Shown: positions 1 to 9,012 of the stretch, piece after piece
How the letters are laid out: each line of letters begins with the position of its first letter
Numbering within the stretch: position 1 is the stretch's first letter
DNA from: Schaalia meyeri
Lineage (GTDB): Bacteria; Actinomycetota; Actinomycetes; Actinomycetales; Actinomycetaceae
Reading direction: 5' to 3'
NCBI RefSeq assembly: GCF_900105015.1
Contig: NZ_FNLK01000003.1
Span: 1-32,000 of the forward strand
DNA length: 32,000 nucleotides
Notes under the pieces: generated by a model
Told to the model about the DNA's origin: nothing
The model's database searches: none
The model's input: the letters and a program-made list of their open reading frames with translations, nothing else
Program-made: the position numbers and the translations under genes

Positions 1-367
1 CGACCGGCAAACAGTCGGCGGTCTGGACAGCGACGGCCGGGGCCTGCTCCCAGCCCCGCGCGTTAAGGACGACGCCATCGGCGTCCAGGGGTCCCCACTC
101 CCCCGGCGCGACTTGATCGAGGGCGATACCATCGGCCTCTCGGCTCGGCTTGCCACCGAGGGACACAACAACGTCGACCCGCGTTGAGTGAGTCTGATGC
201 ATCCACACGATGTCGCGGCCGAGCTCGGCCGCGAGAGCGCGGCGGCGCGCCCGCACGAGATGCTGAGCATCGCCTACGTGCAGGCCAACATTGCCCCATA
301 GCGCGCTGGTGCCCGGGTCCGCCTTCGTCAGGTGGACCCGGGCACCAGCCCACGATTGGGTTGTCAT
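1..367 (-). CDS. pgeF: PgeF/YfiH-family peptidoglycan editing factor (polyphenol-oxidase-like), N-terminal part; runs off the left edge
   Basis: My translation from ATG 367-365: [67 protein letters not shown]...AVAVQTADCLPV. GNVGLHVGD, WxxQxH and ADCLPV are YfiH/PgeF hallmarks. ATGA overlap with the ftsZ stop. ftsZ-pgeF order is typical of Actinobacteria. Absent from the ORF track because it is open at the window edge. Confidence 0.8.
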   Translation of the reverse strand, partial: MTTQSWAGARVHLTKADPGTSALWGNVGLHVGDAQHLVRARRRALAAELGRDIVWMHQTHSTRVDVVVSLGGKPSREADGIALDQVAPGEWGPLDADGVVLNARGWEQAPAVAVQTADCLPV

Positions 368-1620
368 CAGCGCAGGAAGGGAGGAATATCCAGCTCTTCC
401 TTCTCGGCGGTCTCAGGGTACACGCGGGGAACCTCGAAGGAATCATCGGACTCAGATTCCTCGTACTCGCTGTCGGCGGGGGCCTCCACGGGAGCCGGGG
501 CTACCTCGCGCACCGGGGCAGCGACGTCTCGGCGATGCTGCGGGCGGCGCGTCGACAGCTGGCTAATCCGCGTGGTCTCCGCAGCGGGACCCTTGGCCTC
601 GGGGGCGGCCGGACGTTGCTGCGCGACGGGAGCGGACACGCGGGCAACGGCGGGGCGCACCCGGTTGGCATCGGTCCCGTCGTCGAAGCCGGCCGCGATG
701 ACCGTCACCCGAATCTCGTCGCCGAGGGCATCGTCGATGACGTTACCGAAGATGATGTTCGCCTCGGGGTGTGCGGCCTCACGCACCAGCTGCGAGGAGC
801 TGAAGACCTCTTGCAGGCTGAGATCGGAACCACCCTGGAAGAACATGAGCACGCCGTGAGCACCGTCGATGGAGGCTTCGAGCAGCGGGGAGGAAATCGC
901 GCTCTCGACGGCACGAAGCGCACGATCCTCGCCGGTCGCCGCACCAATACCCATGAGCGCCGAACCCGCGTCCTTCATAACCGACTTGACATCGTTAAAG
1001 TCCACGTTGATCAGGCCCGGGGTGGTGATCAGCTCAGTGATGCCCTGGACACCCGACAGCAGCACCTGGTCGGCGGCACGGAAGGCATCCAGCACGGAAA
1101 TGTTAGCGTCGGAGATCTCGAGGAGACGATCGTTGGGGATCACGATGAGCGTGTCAACCTCTTCGCGCAGGGTCGTCACGCCCCCCTCGGCCTGCGCCGC
1201 ACGACGGTTGCCTTCGAAGGAGAAGGGACGGGTCACGACACCCACCGTCAGCGCGCCCGCCTCGCGGGCGATCCTGGCGACGACGGGCGCTGCGCCCGTT
1301 CCCGTGCCGCCCCCCTCACCCGCGGTCACGAACACCATGTCGGCTCCTTCGAGCGCGGCGGTGATCTCGTCAACGTGGTCCTCAGCGGCCTTCCGACCGA
1401 CGGCGGGATCCGCACCGGCGCCGAGGCCATGTGTCAGTTCGCGACCAATGTCGAGCTTCGTCTCGGCATCGGACATGAGCAAAGCCTGTGCGTCAGTATT
1501 GACCGCGACGAACTCGACGCCCTTCAGTCCGACCTCGATCATTCGATTCACGGCGTTCACTCCGCCGCCGCCAACGCCGACGACTTTGATCACTGCCAGG
1601 TGGTTTTGCGGTGTCGCCAT
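367..1620 (-). CDS. ftsZ: Cell division GTPase FtsZ
   Basis: 417 aa. [11 protein letters not shown], the tubulin signature [20 protein letters not shown], and the C-terminal DIPPFLR tail. SD AGGGAGA lies 5 nt before the ATG at 1620. Confidence 0.97.
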   Translation of the reverse strand: MATPQNHLAVIKVVGVGGGGVNAVNRMIEVGLKGVEFVAVNTDAQALLMSDAETKLDIGRELTHGLGAGADPAVGRKAAEDHVDEITAALEGADMVFVTAGEGGGTGTGAAPVVARIAREAGALTVGVVTRPFSFEGNRRAAQAEGGVTTLREEVDTLIVIPNDRLLEISDANISVLDAFRAADQVLLSGVQGITELITTPGLINVDFNDVKSVMKDAGSALMGIGAATGEDRALRAVESAISSPLLEASIDGAHGVLMFFQGGSDLSLQEVFSSSQLVREAAHPEANIIFGNVIDDALGDEIRVTVIAAGFDDGTDANRVRPAVARVSAPVAQQRPAAPEAKGPAAETTRISQLSTRRPQHRRDVAAPVREVAPAPVEAPADSEYEESESDDSFEVPRVYPETAEKEELDIPPFLR

Positions 1621-1644
1621 GGATGTCTCCCTTGCATCAGACCC

Positions 1645-1666
1645 TCAACCTTTAGTTGAAGGTTGA
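1645..1666 (-). promoter_or_regulatory. 8-bp-stem inverted repeat (TCAACCTT N6 AAGGTTGA) in the ftsZ leader; a third copy of the 8-mer is at 1711-1718
   Basis: Read directly: tcaacctt(1645-1652) tagttg aaggttga(1659-1666), and tcaacctt again at 1711-1718. It sits in the 127-bp ftsQ-ftsZ gap, just upstream of the ftsZ SD. Function unknown. Confidence 0.3.
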
Positions 1667-1747
1667 TGTTTAACGTGCTTTGTGTCGGGAAGACGTTAGG
1701 GGGCCGCGCGTCAACCTTCAAGCCAACACGCGGACAAAGAAGAAGAC

Positions 1748-2701
1748 TCAACTGGTCACGGGGTGATTCGGTGAGGAAACGTCGTACGTAGTAGCAGTGA
1801 CATTCGCCAGCAAGGCGGCTAACACCCGAGCCTTCTGAGGCGCGTCTGCACTGGTTCCCCACTTGACACTCTGGCCACCTCGCAGCGTGAAACTCACCTG
1901 CGTCCCCGTCGACGTAATGGTCGCCACCTGGGAACGCGTCGCATCGTCCAGAGCGCCCAGGGCGGAGGCAATATCCAAAGCTCCCGTGCCGCGTTCCTCG
2001 GGGAGAGTCGCCACCGGATACGAACCCGCGCCACTCACCTGCTCAAATGCCACGCCCTGATCGTCGATCAACCAGTACGCGCCGGATGCTTCCTCAACCG
2101 CTATGGCCGTACGCATCGAAACGGTGACCCTCAGACCAGTTGGCCACCGCCGGGACACGGACGCCGACCTGACGGCCACATTCGACTCCACCGCGCGCGC
2201 AACCGCGTCGGTGTTCAGACGCGTCAGCGGCACTCCCTCGAAGGGAGCGAGCGAGGAACGCACCGAATCCGCCGTCACCAACGTCCCATCCCCACCCGAA
2301 ACCAGCACGGAAGCGGTCGAGAAGGCAAACAGCGGCGAAAAAAACACCACCCACACCGCTCCGCCCAGCAGCGCGGCGGTCACGAGGACAAGCGCCGCCC
2401 GACGCACGAGCAGCAAACGCCGCGCACGCGCACGCTCACGCAGTCTATCCCCCAGATCCGTCGTATTCTCCCCACCCAGCAGGACCGCCGCATCCCCCGC
2501 CGCCACGGGGGCAGACAAAGTCTCGCGCAGATCGCGACGCTCAAGCTCCGAGGAGCTGCTCGGCGAGGCCTCCTTGGACCTAACCGCTTGCGTCGAAGCC
2601 TCAACGGCCTCGTCCCCTCGGTGAGAAGACCGTCGTTCGCCCGATGCACGAAAGGATGATGCGCGCCCGCGACCTGGACGCCTGGGCGTTGGTGGCCTCA
2701 T
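1748..2701 (-). CDS. ftsQ: Cell division protein FtsQ (POTRA domain, single TM, disordered N-terminus)
   Basis: Position between murC and ftsZ. Arg/Ser-rich N-terminus, then the TM segment LVLVTAALLGGAVWVVFF, then a POTRA/FtsQ-like body. I chose the start at ATG 2701 because it forms an ATGA overlap with the murC stop. The track's ATG at 2776 would overlap murC by 79 nt. Confidence 0.85.
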   Translation of the reverse strand: MRPPTPRRPGRGRASSFRASGERRSSHRGDEAVEASTQAVRSKEASPSSSSELERRDLRETLSAPVAAGDAAVLLGGENTTDLGDRLRERARARRLLLVRRAALVLVTAALLGGAVWVVFFSPLFAFSTASVLVSGGDGTLVTADSVRSSLAPFEGVPLTRLNTDAVARAVESNVAVRSASVSRRWPTGLRVTVSMRTAIAVEEASGAYWLIDDQGVAFEQVSGAGSYPVATLPEERGTGALDIASALGALDDATRSQVATITSTGTQVSFTLRGGQSVKWGTSADAPQKARVLAALLANVTATTYDVSSPNHPVTS

Positions 2702-4089
2702 GGCCCCATCCGTTTCCACTGATCCAGCACTTCCGGCGCGCAGCGAGTAATCGAGCCAGCACCCATCGTCACGCACACGCCCCCGTCGCGGGTCAAGGAC
2801 GCGGCCAGACGAGCCGCCTCATGCATGTCCTCCACGTACGACGCGCCGGGAATACGCGAAGCGATCAGCGAGGAATCAACACCGGGGACGGGATCCTCAC
2901 GCGCCCCATAGATGCCTGCGACAACGACGCGATCCGCCCCCGAGAGGGCCTGCGCGAAACGCTCCGCAAAGACGATTGTCCGCGAGTACAGGTGAGGCTG
3001 GAATACGACCGTCACCTCCCCGCTTCCAGCGACGATGCGCGCCTGCCGGATTGCGGCCTCCACCTCGGTGGGATGATGCGCATAATCGTCAAACAGGCGA
3101 CGCCCCCCAACGCTGCCGCGCGCCTCGAAGCGACGCGCCGCACCCGTAAAGTTACCCAGGCCATCCGCGATGACCTGCGGGTCCAGCCCACACTCAATGC
3201 CGGCCACCCACGCCGCGGCAGCGTTAAGCACGTTGTGTTCGCCGGACACACGAAGCCTCAGGGATGCTCGGCGCAGCCCCCACGTCAGCTCCGCACCAGC
3301 ACCGTGCTCGCCGACACGAACATCCGAGATGACGGCGTCCACGTCGCACAGCGAGCGTTCCTTTCGCCCATACGTCACCACCCGCACGCCACGGTCGCGA
3401 GCGGAACGCGCCACACGCACCGCCCCCGCATCCTGCGCGCACGTGACCAGCAGCCCCCCGGGAACCAGGCGGCGGGCGAACTCAACGAAAACCTCTTCGA
3501 ATTCCTCCCGCGAGTGGTAGCGATCCATATGATCGGGTTCCACGTTCGTCACAATTTCGATGGACGGGGAGTAGTTCAGGAACGACCCATCGGATTCGTC
3601 GGCCTCGGCGACGAAGATGTCTCCGCCGCCCAGGTGAGCGCCCGTCCCCAGCTGAGGGAGCACACCGCCCACCGCCACCGACGGATCGAAACCACACGCC
3701 GCCAAGCCGACCGCGAGCATGCCCGACGTTGAGGTCTTCCCGTGGGCGCCCGCCACACCGACGAAACGCATCCCCGAAGCGGCGAGGGCAAGGGCCTGCG
3801 AACGGTGGATCACCCTCTGACCGCGCTCGCGGGCGATCGTCAGCTCCGGGTTGTCCTCTCGAATCGCGGTCGACACGACCACCACCGACGCCGGATCGAC
3901 GTGGGATGCGTCGTGTCCGACGTATGCTCGAACGCCCACGGAACGCAGGTGATCAAGGGCTGCTGATTCCTCACGGTCGGATCCCGTGACGACCGCTCCA
4001 CGCGACGCCAAGAGCTCAGCGACGACGCTCATCCCCGCGCCGCCGATACCGATCAGGTGAAAACGATCCCGAAGCGACGGCTCACTCAT
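2698..4089 (-). CDS. murC: UDP-N-acetylmuramate--L-alanine ligase MurC
   Basis: HLIGIGGAGMS, the GAHGKTSTS P-loop, and the Mur ligase middle and C-terminal domains. I chose the start at ATG 4089 (MSEPSLRDRFHLIG), which overlaps the murG stop by 8 nt. The 54 aa further upstream in the track ORF are Trp/Arg-rich junk inside murG. Confidence 0.93.
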   Translation of the reverse strand: MSEPSLRDRFHLIGIGGAGMSVVAELLASRGAVVTGSDREESAALDHLRSVGVRAYVGHDASHVDPASVVVVSTAIREDNPELTIARERGQRVIHRSQALALAASGMRFVGVAGAHGKTSTSGMLAVGLAACGFDPSVAVGGVLPQLGTGAHLGGGDIFVAEADESDGSFLNYSPSIEIVTNVEPDHMDRYHSREEFEEVFVEFARRLVPGGLLVTCAQDAGAVRVARSARDRGVRVVTYGRKERSLCDVDAVISDVRVGEHGAGAELTWGLRRASLRLRVSGEHNVLNAAAAWVAGIECGLDPQVIADGLGNFTGAARRFEARGSVGGRRLFDDYAHHPTEVEAAIRQARIVAGSGEVTVVFQPHLYSRTIVFAERFAQALSGADRVVVAGIYGAREDPVPGVDSSLIASRIPGASYVEDMHEAARLAASLTRDGGVCVTMGAGSITRCAPEVLDQWKRMGP

Positions 4090-5206
4090 GGTTCCCTTTC
4101 TTCGCCTGCTCCACAGCCAGATCAGCCAGCGCGCGCGCCCCGCCCGCACGCCCCAGAGACTGCGACGCAGCTGCCATATCAGCGAGGCGGGCCGAGCCCA
4201 GTAACGGGAACACGTTGGCTCGCACGAAGTCCACCGTGAAGTCCTCATCATCGATCAGCTGGGCGCCGCCGGCCGCCACGTGGTCGGCGGCGTTCAGGCG
4301 TTGCTCTCCGTTACCGATCGGCAGCGGAACGTACATGCAGGGCAGTCCCAGGGCCTCCATCTCCGCGACGGTGCCCGCACCCGAACGACACACCACGAAA
4401 TCCGCGACCGCCAGGGCATCCTCCATCGTCGTCAGGTAATCGATCACGTGCCACCGATCCGCCACACCGGCAGCCTCAATGGCGGCACGCACCGGCCCGT
4501 CCTTGCCGCGACCCGTCAGGTGAACGACCTGCGCGCCCTCGGGCAGAGCGTCCGTGCTGGCCGCCATCGACTCGTTGAGGTGCTGGGCGCCCAGGGAGCC
4601 ACCCGTCACGAGAAGAGTCGGTGCGTCGGCGTCCACGCCCAGGCGTGAAGCCGCCCTCCGTCGAGCTGCGGCTATGCCATCCGCGTCCTCGCGTTGCTTC
4701 GCCAACGACGCAATCGCGGCGCGCAGAGGCAGTCCCGTGACGATCGTGCGACCGGAGCGCGCAGCCAGGGGCGTGGACGGGAAAGTCAGCGCAACGACCC
4801 GTGCGCTGCGAGCCCCCACCCTGTTCGCCAGGCCGGGTCTGGCGTTCTGCTCGTGAATAACGACGGGAACACCCGCCCGCTTCGCCGCGATGTACGCCGG
4901 GGTCGACACGTAGCCGCCGAACCCAACGAGCACGTCGGCCCCCTCCACAACCTGCGCGCAACGCTTGACGGCGCCCCACAACCGACCCGGCAACGTGAAG
5001 AACGCCAGTGAAGGACGCCGGGGAAGGGGCACGCGAGGGATCTCCACCAGCGGAAATCCCGCGGCGGGAACCAGATCAGTCTCCAAGCCGGTGCTGGTTC
5101 CCAGCACGATGACCTCGGCACCCCTCTCACGCAGCTGCGCCGCGGTCGCCAGCAGCGGATTCACGTGACCGGCGGTTCCGCCGCCAGCCATCACGACCTT
5201 GACCAT
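4082..5206 (-). CDS. murG: Lipid II synthase MurG (UDP-GlcNAc:undecaprenyl-PP-MurNAc-pentapeptide GlcNAc transferase)
   Basis: MVKVVMAGGGTAGHVNP N-terminus and the GT28 fold motifs. SD AGGAGA lies 6 nt before the ATG at 5206. Confidence 0.95.
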   Translation of the reverse strand: MVKVVMAGGGTAGHVNPLLATAAQLRERGAEVIVLGTSTGLETDLVPAAGFPLVEIPRVPLPRRPSLAFFTLPGRLWGAVKRCAQVVEGADVLVGFGGYVSTPAYIAAKRAGVPVVIHEQNARPGLANRVGARSARVVALTFPSTPLAARSGRTIVTGLPLRAAIASLAKQREDADGIAAARRRAASRLGVDADAPTLLVTGGSLGAQHLNESMAASTDALPEGAQVVHLTGRGKDGPVRAAIEAAGVADRWHVIDYLTTMEDALAVADFVVCRSGAGTVAEMEALGLPCMYVPLPIGNGEQRLNAADHVAAGGAQLIDDEDFTVDFVRANVFPLLGSARLADMAAASQSLGRAGGARALADLAVEQAKKGNHE

Positions 5207-5241
5207 AAAGCGTCTCCTTTACGCGTTTGCGTAGCTTTAGT

Positions 5242-6492
5242 CTAGCGAGCCGCGCGCCTGCGGGGCGCCACCCGTGGATCGCGCCCGGCCGAGGCCTCGT
5301 CCGGACGACCGATCATCCACATCCCCGCGCGCGCACGCGCAAAGGACGCCACCACCGCGACCGCCGTTATCGTGAACAGGAACGACGAGCCCCCATACGA
5401 CACGAGTGGCAACGGAACACCGATCACCGGGCCGATACCCGTGACTGACAGGACGTTAATCGCTGTCTGAACACCGATCCACGTGGCCACGCCGGACGAG
5501 GCGATGACAACGAACAGATCCGAAGACTCGCGCGCCACGCGGAACATCCCCCACACCAGCAGGCTCAGGCACACCAGCACGGCAAGCGTCCCGAGTAAGC
5601 CGAACTCCTCACCGACAATCGCGAATATGAAATCCGTGTGGGCTGCCTGCAGGTAGTTCCACTTCTCGCGAGAAGCGCCAGGACCCAACCCGGTGAGGCC
5701 ACCCGACCCCAGCGCCCACAGCGAATGATCGATCTGCTCCGGCGCGGACTCGTCAGGGCTCTTTGACGTTCCCGGCAGGACCGCCAAAATGCGTCGAATA
5801 CGCGTCGGATTCGACAGGACCAGCAGCACCAGGGTCGGAATCGCGAACATCGCGAGCCCGCCAAACCAGCGCTTGGGCAGTCCCGCCACCCACACCGCAC
5901 CGAGCGCACCCGTCGCCACGACCATCGCGGTGCCCATGTCGCGCCCCAGCATGACTGCACCCAATGCCACCAGGAGCGGCAGGCCAACTGCCACGCCCAT
6001 CGTCTTGATATCCGATCGTTTCGACGCCGACTTCGAGACCATGAACGCCAAAAAAACGACCAGCGACAGCTTCAGGAGCTCCGACGGCTGAGCCATGATG
6101 GGGCCGAGCTTCACCCAGTTCGCGTTGCCGCCCTCGGATCTGCCCAGCGGGGTCAGGACCAGCCCCTGAAACACGAGGGCGGCCACAAACATCGGCACCG
6201 ACAGTCGCAGGAGTAACCGCTGCGGAATCAGCTGGACGAGCGTCGCGATGACCAGCGAGAACACGATGATGAGGAGGGGACGCGCGTACGCCGTGTACGG
6301 GTTTTCCCCCTGGGCGATTGAGGTCACGGTCTGGGCGGAAAAGCCCATCACCAGGCCAAAGACCGACAGGAGCAAGGCCGGAATGACGACGAGGTAGTAC
6401 GTCGTCACCGGGCTGTCCTCCCGTTCTTGCCCCGACCCGAAACGAATCCTCGGCAGCGTGACCGTCGGGATGTGCCATCCTCGCTTATTCAT
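5242..6492 (-). CDS. ftsW: SEDS-family peptidoglycan glycosyltransferase FtsW
   Basis: Polytopic membrane protein of the FtsW/RodA/SpoVE family (GLPLPLVSYGGSS near the C-terminus), between murD and murG. I chose the start at ATG 6492 (MNKRGW), an 8-nt overlap with the murD TAA. An alternative start is ATG 6552. Confidence 0.88.
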   Translation of the reverse strand: MNKRGWHIPTVTLPRIRFGSGQEREDSPVTTYYLVVIPALLLSVFGLVMGFSAQTVTSIAQGENPYTAYARPLLIIVFSLVIATLVQLIPQRLLLRLSVPMFVAALVFQGLVLTPLGRSEGGNANWVKLGPIMAQPSELLKLSLVVFLAFMVSKSASKRSDIKTMGVAVGLPLLVALGAVMLGRDMGTAMVVATGALGAVWVAGLPKRWFGGLAMFAIPTLVLLVLSNPTRIRRILAVLPGTSKSPDESAPEQIDHSLWALGSGGLTGLGPGASREKWNYLQAAHTDFIFAIVGEEFGLLGTLAVLVCLSLLVWGMFRVARESSDLFVVIASSGVATWIGVQTAINVLSVTGIGPVIGVPLPLVSYGGSSFLFTITAVAVVASFARARAGMWMIGRPDEASAGRDPRVAPRRRAAR

Positions 6493-7930
6493 CGCCACCG
6501 GTGCTTCCCCACTGGGCGCGCAGGCGGGAGACCGCCTCGACGAATGCGTCACCCCGCTGGCCGTAGTTGTCGAATTGATCCCACGATGCGTGGGCCGGAG
6601 CGAACACCACGGTGTCGCCCGGACGCGACAGGGCGACGGCCTCGTTCACAACCGAGAACATCCAGTCTTCATGCCCATCGACCTCAACGAAGGGCACTTC
6701 GGGGGCAACACTCGTCAGGGCATCAACCAACGGGGCGCGCTTAGCACCAATAACGACGACGCCTCGCAAGGTCGGTTCAACCTGGGCGATGAGCTCCCTG
6801 AAATCCTGTCCCTTCGCATCACCTCCCACGATCCAGATGACGCTGCGCGGGGGCAAACCTGCCAGCGATGCCCTGGCAGCGTGCGCATTCGTCGCCTTCG
6901 AGTCGTCGACCCACGTCAGGTCCGCCGCTCGCCCGATGATTGTGCGGCGATGCCCGGCGGGACGGAAGGAGCTAAGCCCCCTACCCACCGCCTCCGGTTC
7001 GACACCGTACGCGCGAGCGAGCGCAGCAGCAGCCAACGCGTCCAACAGTGCCGCGGCGAAGGGGCGAGGACCGTAGGCTCCCGTCAAATCCGACACGTGT
7101 GCGAGGGCAACAGCGTGACGGTCGCGATCCTCTACGAAGGCTCGATCCACCAGGAGGCCATCCACGATGCCGAATTGCGAGACGGAAGGCGAACCGAGCG
7201 TCAGCCCAATAGCGCGCGCTCCCTGGATAACATCGGCGTTCTCGACCATCGTCTCCACGCGCCGATCCGACGCGGGATAGACACAGGCCTTGATCGTGTT
7301 CTCGTAAATGCGAGCCTTGTCGGCCGCATACGCCTCGACGCTGCCATGCCAATCCAGGTGATCGGCGTCCACGTTGAGGCAGATCGAGGCCAGGGGCGAC
7401 ACGGACCGGGTCGTGTGCAGCTGGAAGCTCGAGAGTTCGACAGCGAACACCTCGGCATCGGAATCGATCGCGCGGGTAATCGGCGTCCCGATATTACCCA
7501 CCTCAAGCACCGACCGCCCGGCGCTTCGCAGGATCTCCCCCAGCATGCCCACGGTCGTCGTCTTACCGTTCGTCCCGGTAACCGTCAGCCACGGACGACC
7601 GGCGTGCGGCCCCTCCTCCTGGAGACGCCAAGCGAGCTCTACCTCGCCCCACAGGTCAATGCCCGCTTCTTCGCACGCGGTAAACACCGGGTGATGCGCG
7701 GGGATGCCGGGGGAAACAACAACGAGGTCGGGGTGGGCTTGGATGAGAGCGTCCACCAACGCCTCGGGATCCTCTTCGACGTGCACCGACACGTCAGCTA
7801 CGTCGTCACAGCTCAGGGCCTTTGCCCCGCGCGCATCGAAAGCGCTGACCCGCCAGCCGCGAGCGAGCAGCGCGCCAGCCGCCCCCTGACCGGACTGACC
7901 CCAGCCGACGACAGCGCCGTGACGACTCAT
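6485..7930 (-). CDS. murD: UDP-N-acetylmuramoyl-L-alanine--D-glutamate ligase MurD
   Basis: VVGWGQSGQG Rossmann N-terminus and the GTNGKTTT P-loop. The start at ATG 7930 forms an ATGA overlap with the mraY stop. The upstream 33 aa in the track ORF lie inside mraY. Confidence 0.93.
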   Translation of the reverse strand: MSRHGAVVGWGQSGQGAAGALLARGWRVSAFDARGAKALSCDDVADVSVHVEEDPEALVDALIQAHPDLVVVSPGIPAHHPVFTACEEAGIDLWGEVELAWRLQEEGPHAGRPWLTVTGTNGKTTTVGMLGEILRSAGRSVLEVGNIGTPITRAIDSDAEVFAVELSSFQLHTTRSVSPLASICLNVDADHLDWHGSVEAYAADKARIYENTIKACVYPASDRRVETMVENADVIQGARAIGLTLGSPSVSQFGIVDGLLVDRAFVEDRDRHAVALAHVSDLTGAYGPRPFAAALLDALAAAALARAYGVEPEAVGRGLSSFRPAGHRRTIIGRAADLTWVDDSKATNAHAARASLAGLPPRSVIWIVGGDAKGQDFRELIAQVEPTLRGVVVIGAKRAPLVDALTSVAPEVPFVEVDGHEDWMFSVVNEAVALSRPGDTVVFAPAHASWDQFDNYGQRGDAFVEAVSRLRAQWGSTGGDE

Positions 7931-9012
7931 CGAGCGGACACCCACTCCGCGTAGAACATACCGGCACCGGCCACGGCAGCGATCGCGGCGATCAACCAGA
8001 AACGAATCACGATCGTGACTTCCTTCCATCCCAGCAGCTCAAAGTGATGATGCAGGGGAGCCATGCGGAATACGCGCTTGCCGGTGGCCTTAAACACGCC
8101 GATCTGGATGACATCCGACCCCACAACCGCGACGAACAGCCCACCGATCACGATAGCCAGCAGCTGCGTCTGCGTCAGGATCGACAGGCCCGCAACGGCG
8201 CCGCCCAGCGCCAGCGCGCCCGTGTCCCCCATGAAGATCTGTGCCGGCGAGGCGTTCCACCACAGGAAGCCGGCAAGCGCGCCGATCAGGGCGGCGCAGA
8301 AGATCGCCAGATCCAGCGGATCGCGCGTCGCGTAACAACTCGCCTGACTGGCTCCCGGCATCGTGCACGACTGAATACGCTGAAAGTAGGTGATAAACGT
8401 GTAGGCACCGAACACGAAGATCGACACGCCGGTGGCGAGGCCGTCCAGTCCATCCGTCAGGTTCGTCGCGTTCGACCACGCCGTGACAATCAGGTTCGTC
8501 CACACGAGGTACAGGATCACGCCCACAGCGAGCCCGGCGAAGCCGAGGGTGACGGTGGTTGGGCGCGCCACCGATATCGCCAGTGTCCCCGGATATTCGC
8601 CGTATTCGTTGGGAAAGATCAGGGTTCCCAGGGCGAACAGCGAGGCGATCGTAACCTGGCCGACGATCTTGCCCGATGGGTGCAGGCCCAAGGAGCGCTG
8701 ACGCATGATCTTGATTCCGTCGTCGAGCAGGCCAATGACCCCCAGGCCGACAAACAGAAACACCAGCAGCGCACCGGACCACGACGGTCCCGCCCCCGCG
8801 ACGAACGACCCGATGAGCCAAGCGACGACGGTCGCCAGAATAATGACGACGCCGCCCATCGTCGGAGTCCCACGCTTGGTCAAGTGCTGGGTCGGCCCGT
8901 CCTGACGGATGAACTGTCCGTACTGGTGCATCACCAGGAAACGGATGAGCAACGGCGTGCCAGCCACGGACAGCGCCATCGCGATAATGAACGCGGCAAT
9001 AAGTCCAATCAC
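7927..9012 (-). CDS. mraY: Phospho-N-acetylmuramoyl-pentapeptide transferase MraY
   Basis: 361 aa polytopic protein with RQDGPxxHxxKxGTPTMGG, NLTDGLDGLA and MAPLHHHFE motifs. GTG start at 9012 in a GTGA overlap with the murF stop. Confidence 0.95.
   Translation of the reverse strand: MIGLIAAFIIAMALSVAGTPLLIRFLVMHQYGQFIRQDGPTQHLTKRGTPTMGGVVIILATVVAWLIGSFVAGAGPSWSGALLVFLFVGLGVIGLLDDGIKIMRQRSLGLHPSGKIVGQVTIASLFALGTLIFPNEYGEYPGTLAISVARPTTVTLGFAGLAVGVILYLVWTNLIVTAWSNATNLTDGLDGLATGVSIFVFGAYTFITYFQRIQSCTMPGASQASCYATRDPLDLAIFCAALIGALAGFLWWNASPAQIFMGDTGALALGGAVAGLSILTQTQLLAIVIGGLFVAVVGSDVIQIGVFKATGKRVFRMAPLHHHFELLGWKEVTIVIRFWLIAAIAAVAGAGMFYAEWVSAR

Noticed and set aside
63-446. 127-aa minus-strand ORF overlapping the ftsZ 3' end.
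   Set aside because: It is in the wrong frame. The real gene here is pgeF, starting at 367 in a different frame with clear YfiH motifs. This ORF is Arg/Pro/Trp-rich.
184-1659. 491-aa + strand ORF antisense to ftsZ. Similar long antisense or alternative-frame ORFs include 869-1666 +, 2644-3732 +, 6458-7954 +, 8044-9069 +, 8090-9148 -, 10844-11908 +, 18971-19945 -, 20441-21208 -, 21552-22424 -, 25053-26096 - (N-terminal part), 29903-30904 + and 30546-31616 -.
   Set aside because: These are classic high-GC shadow ORFs, Arg/Gly/Pro/His-rich with no recognisable domains. Each lies fully within a confidently identified conserved gene on the other strand or in another frame.
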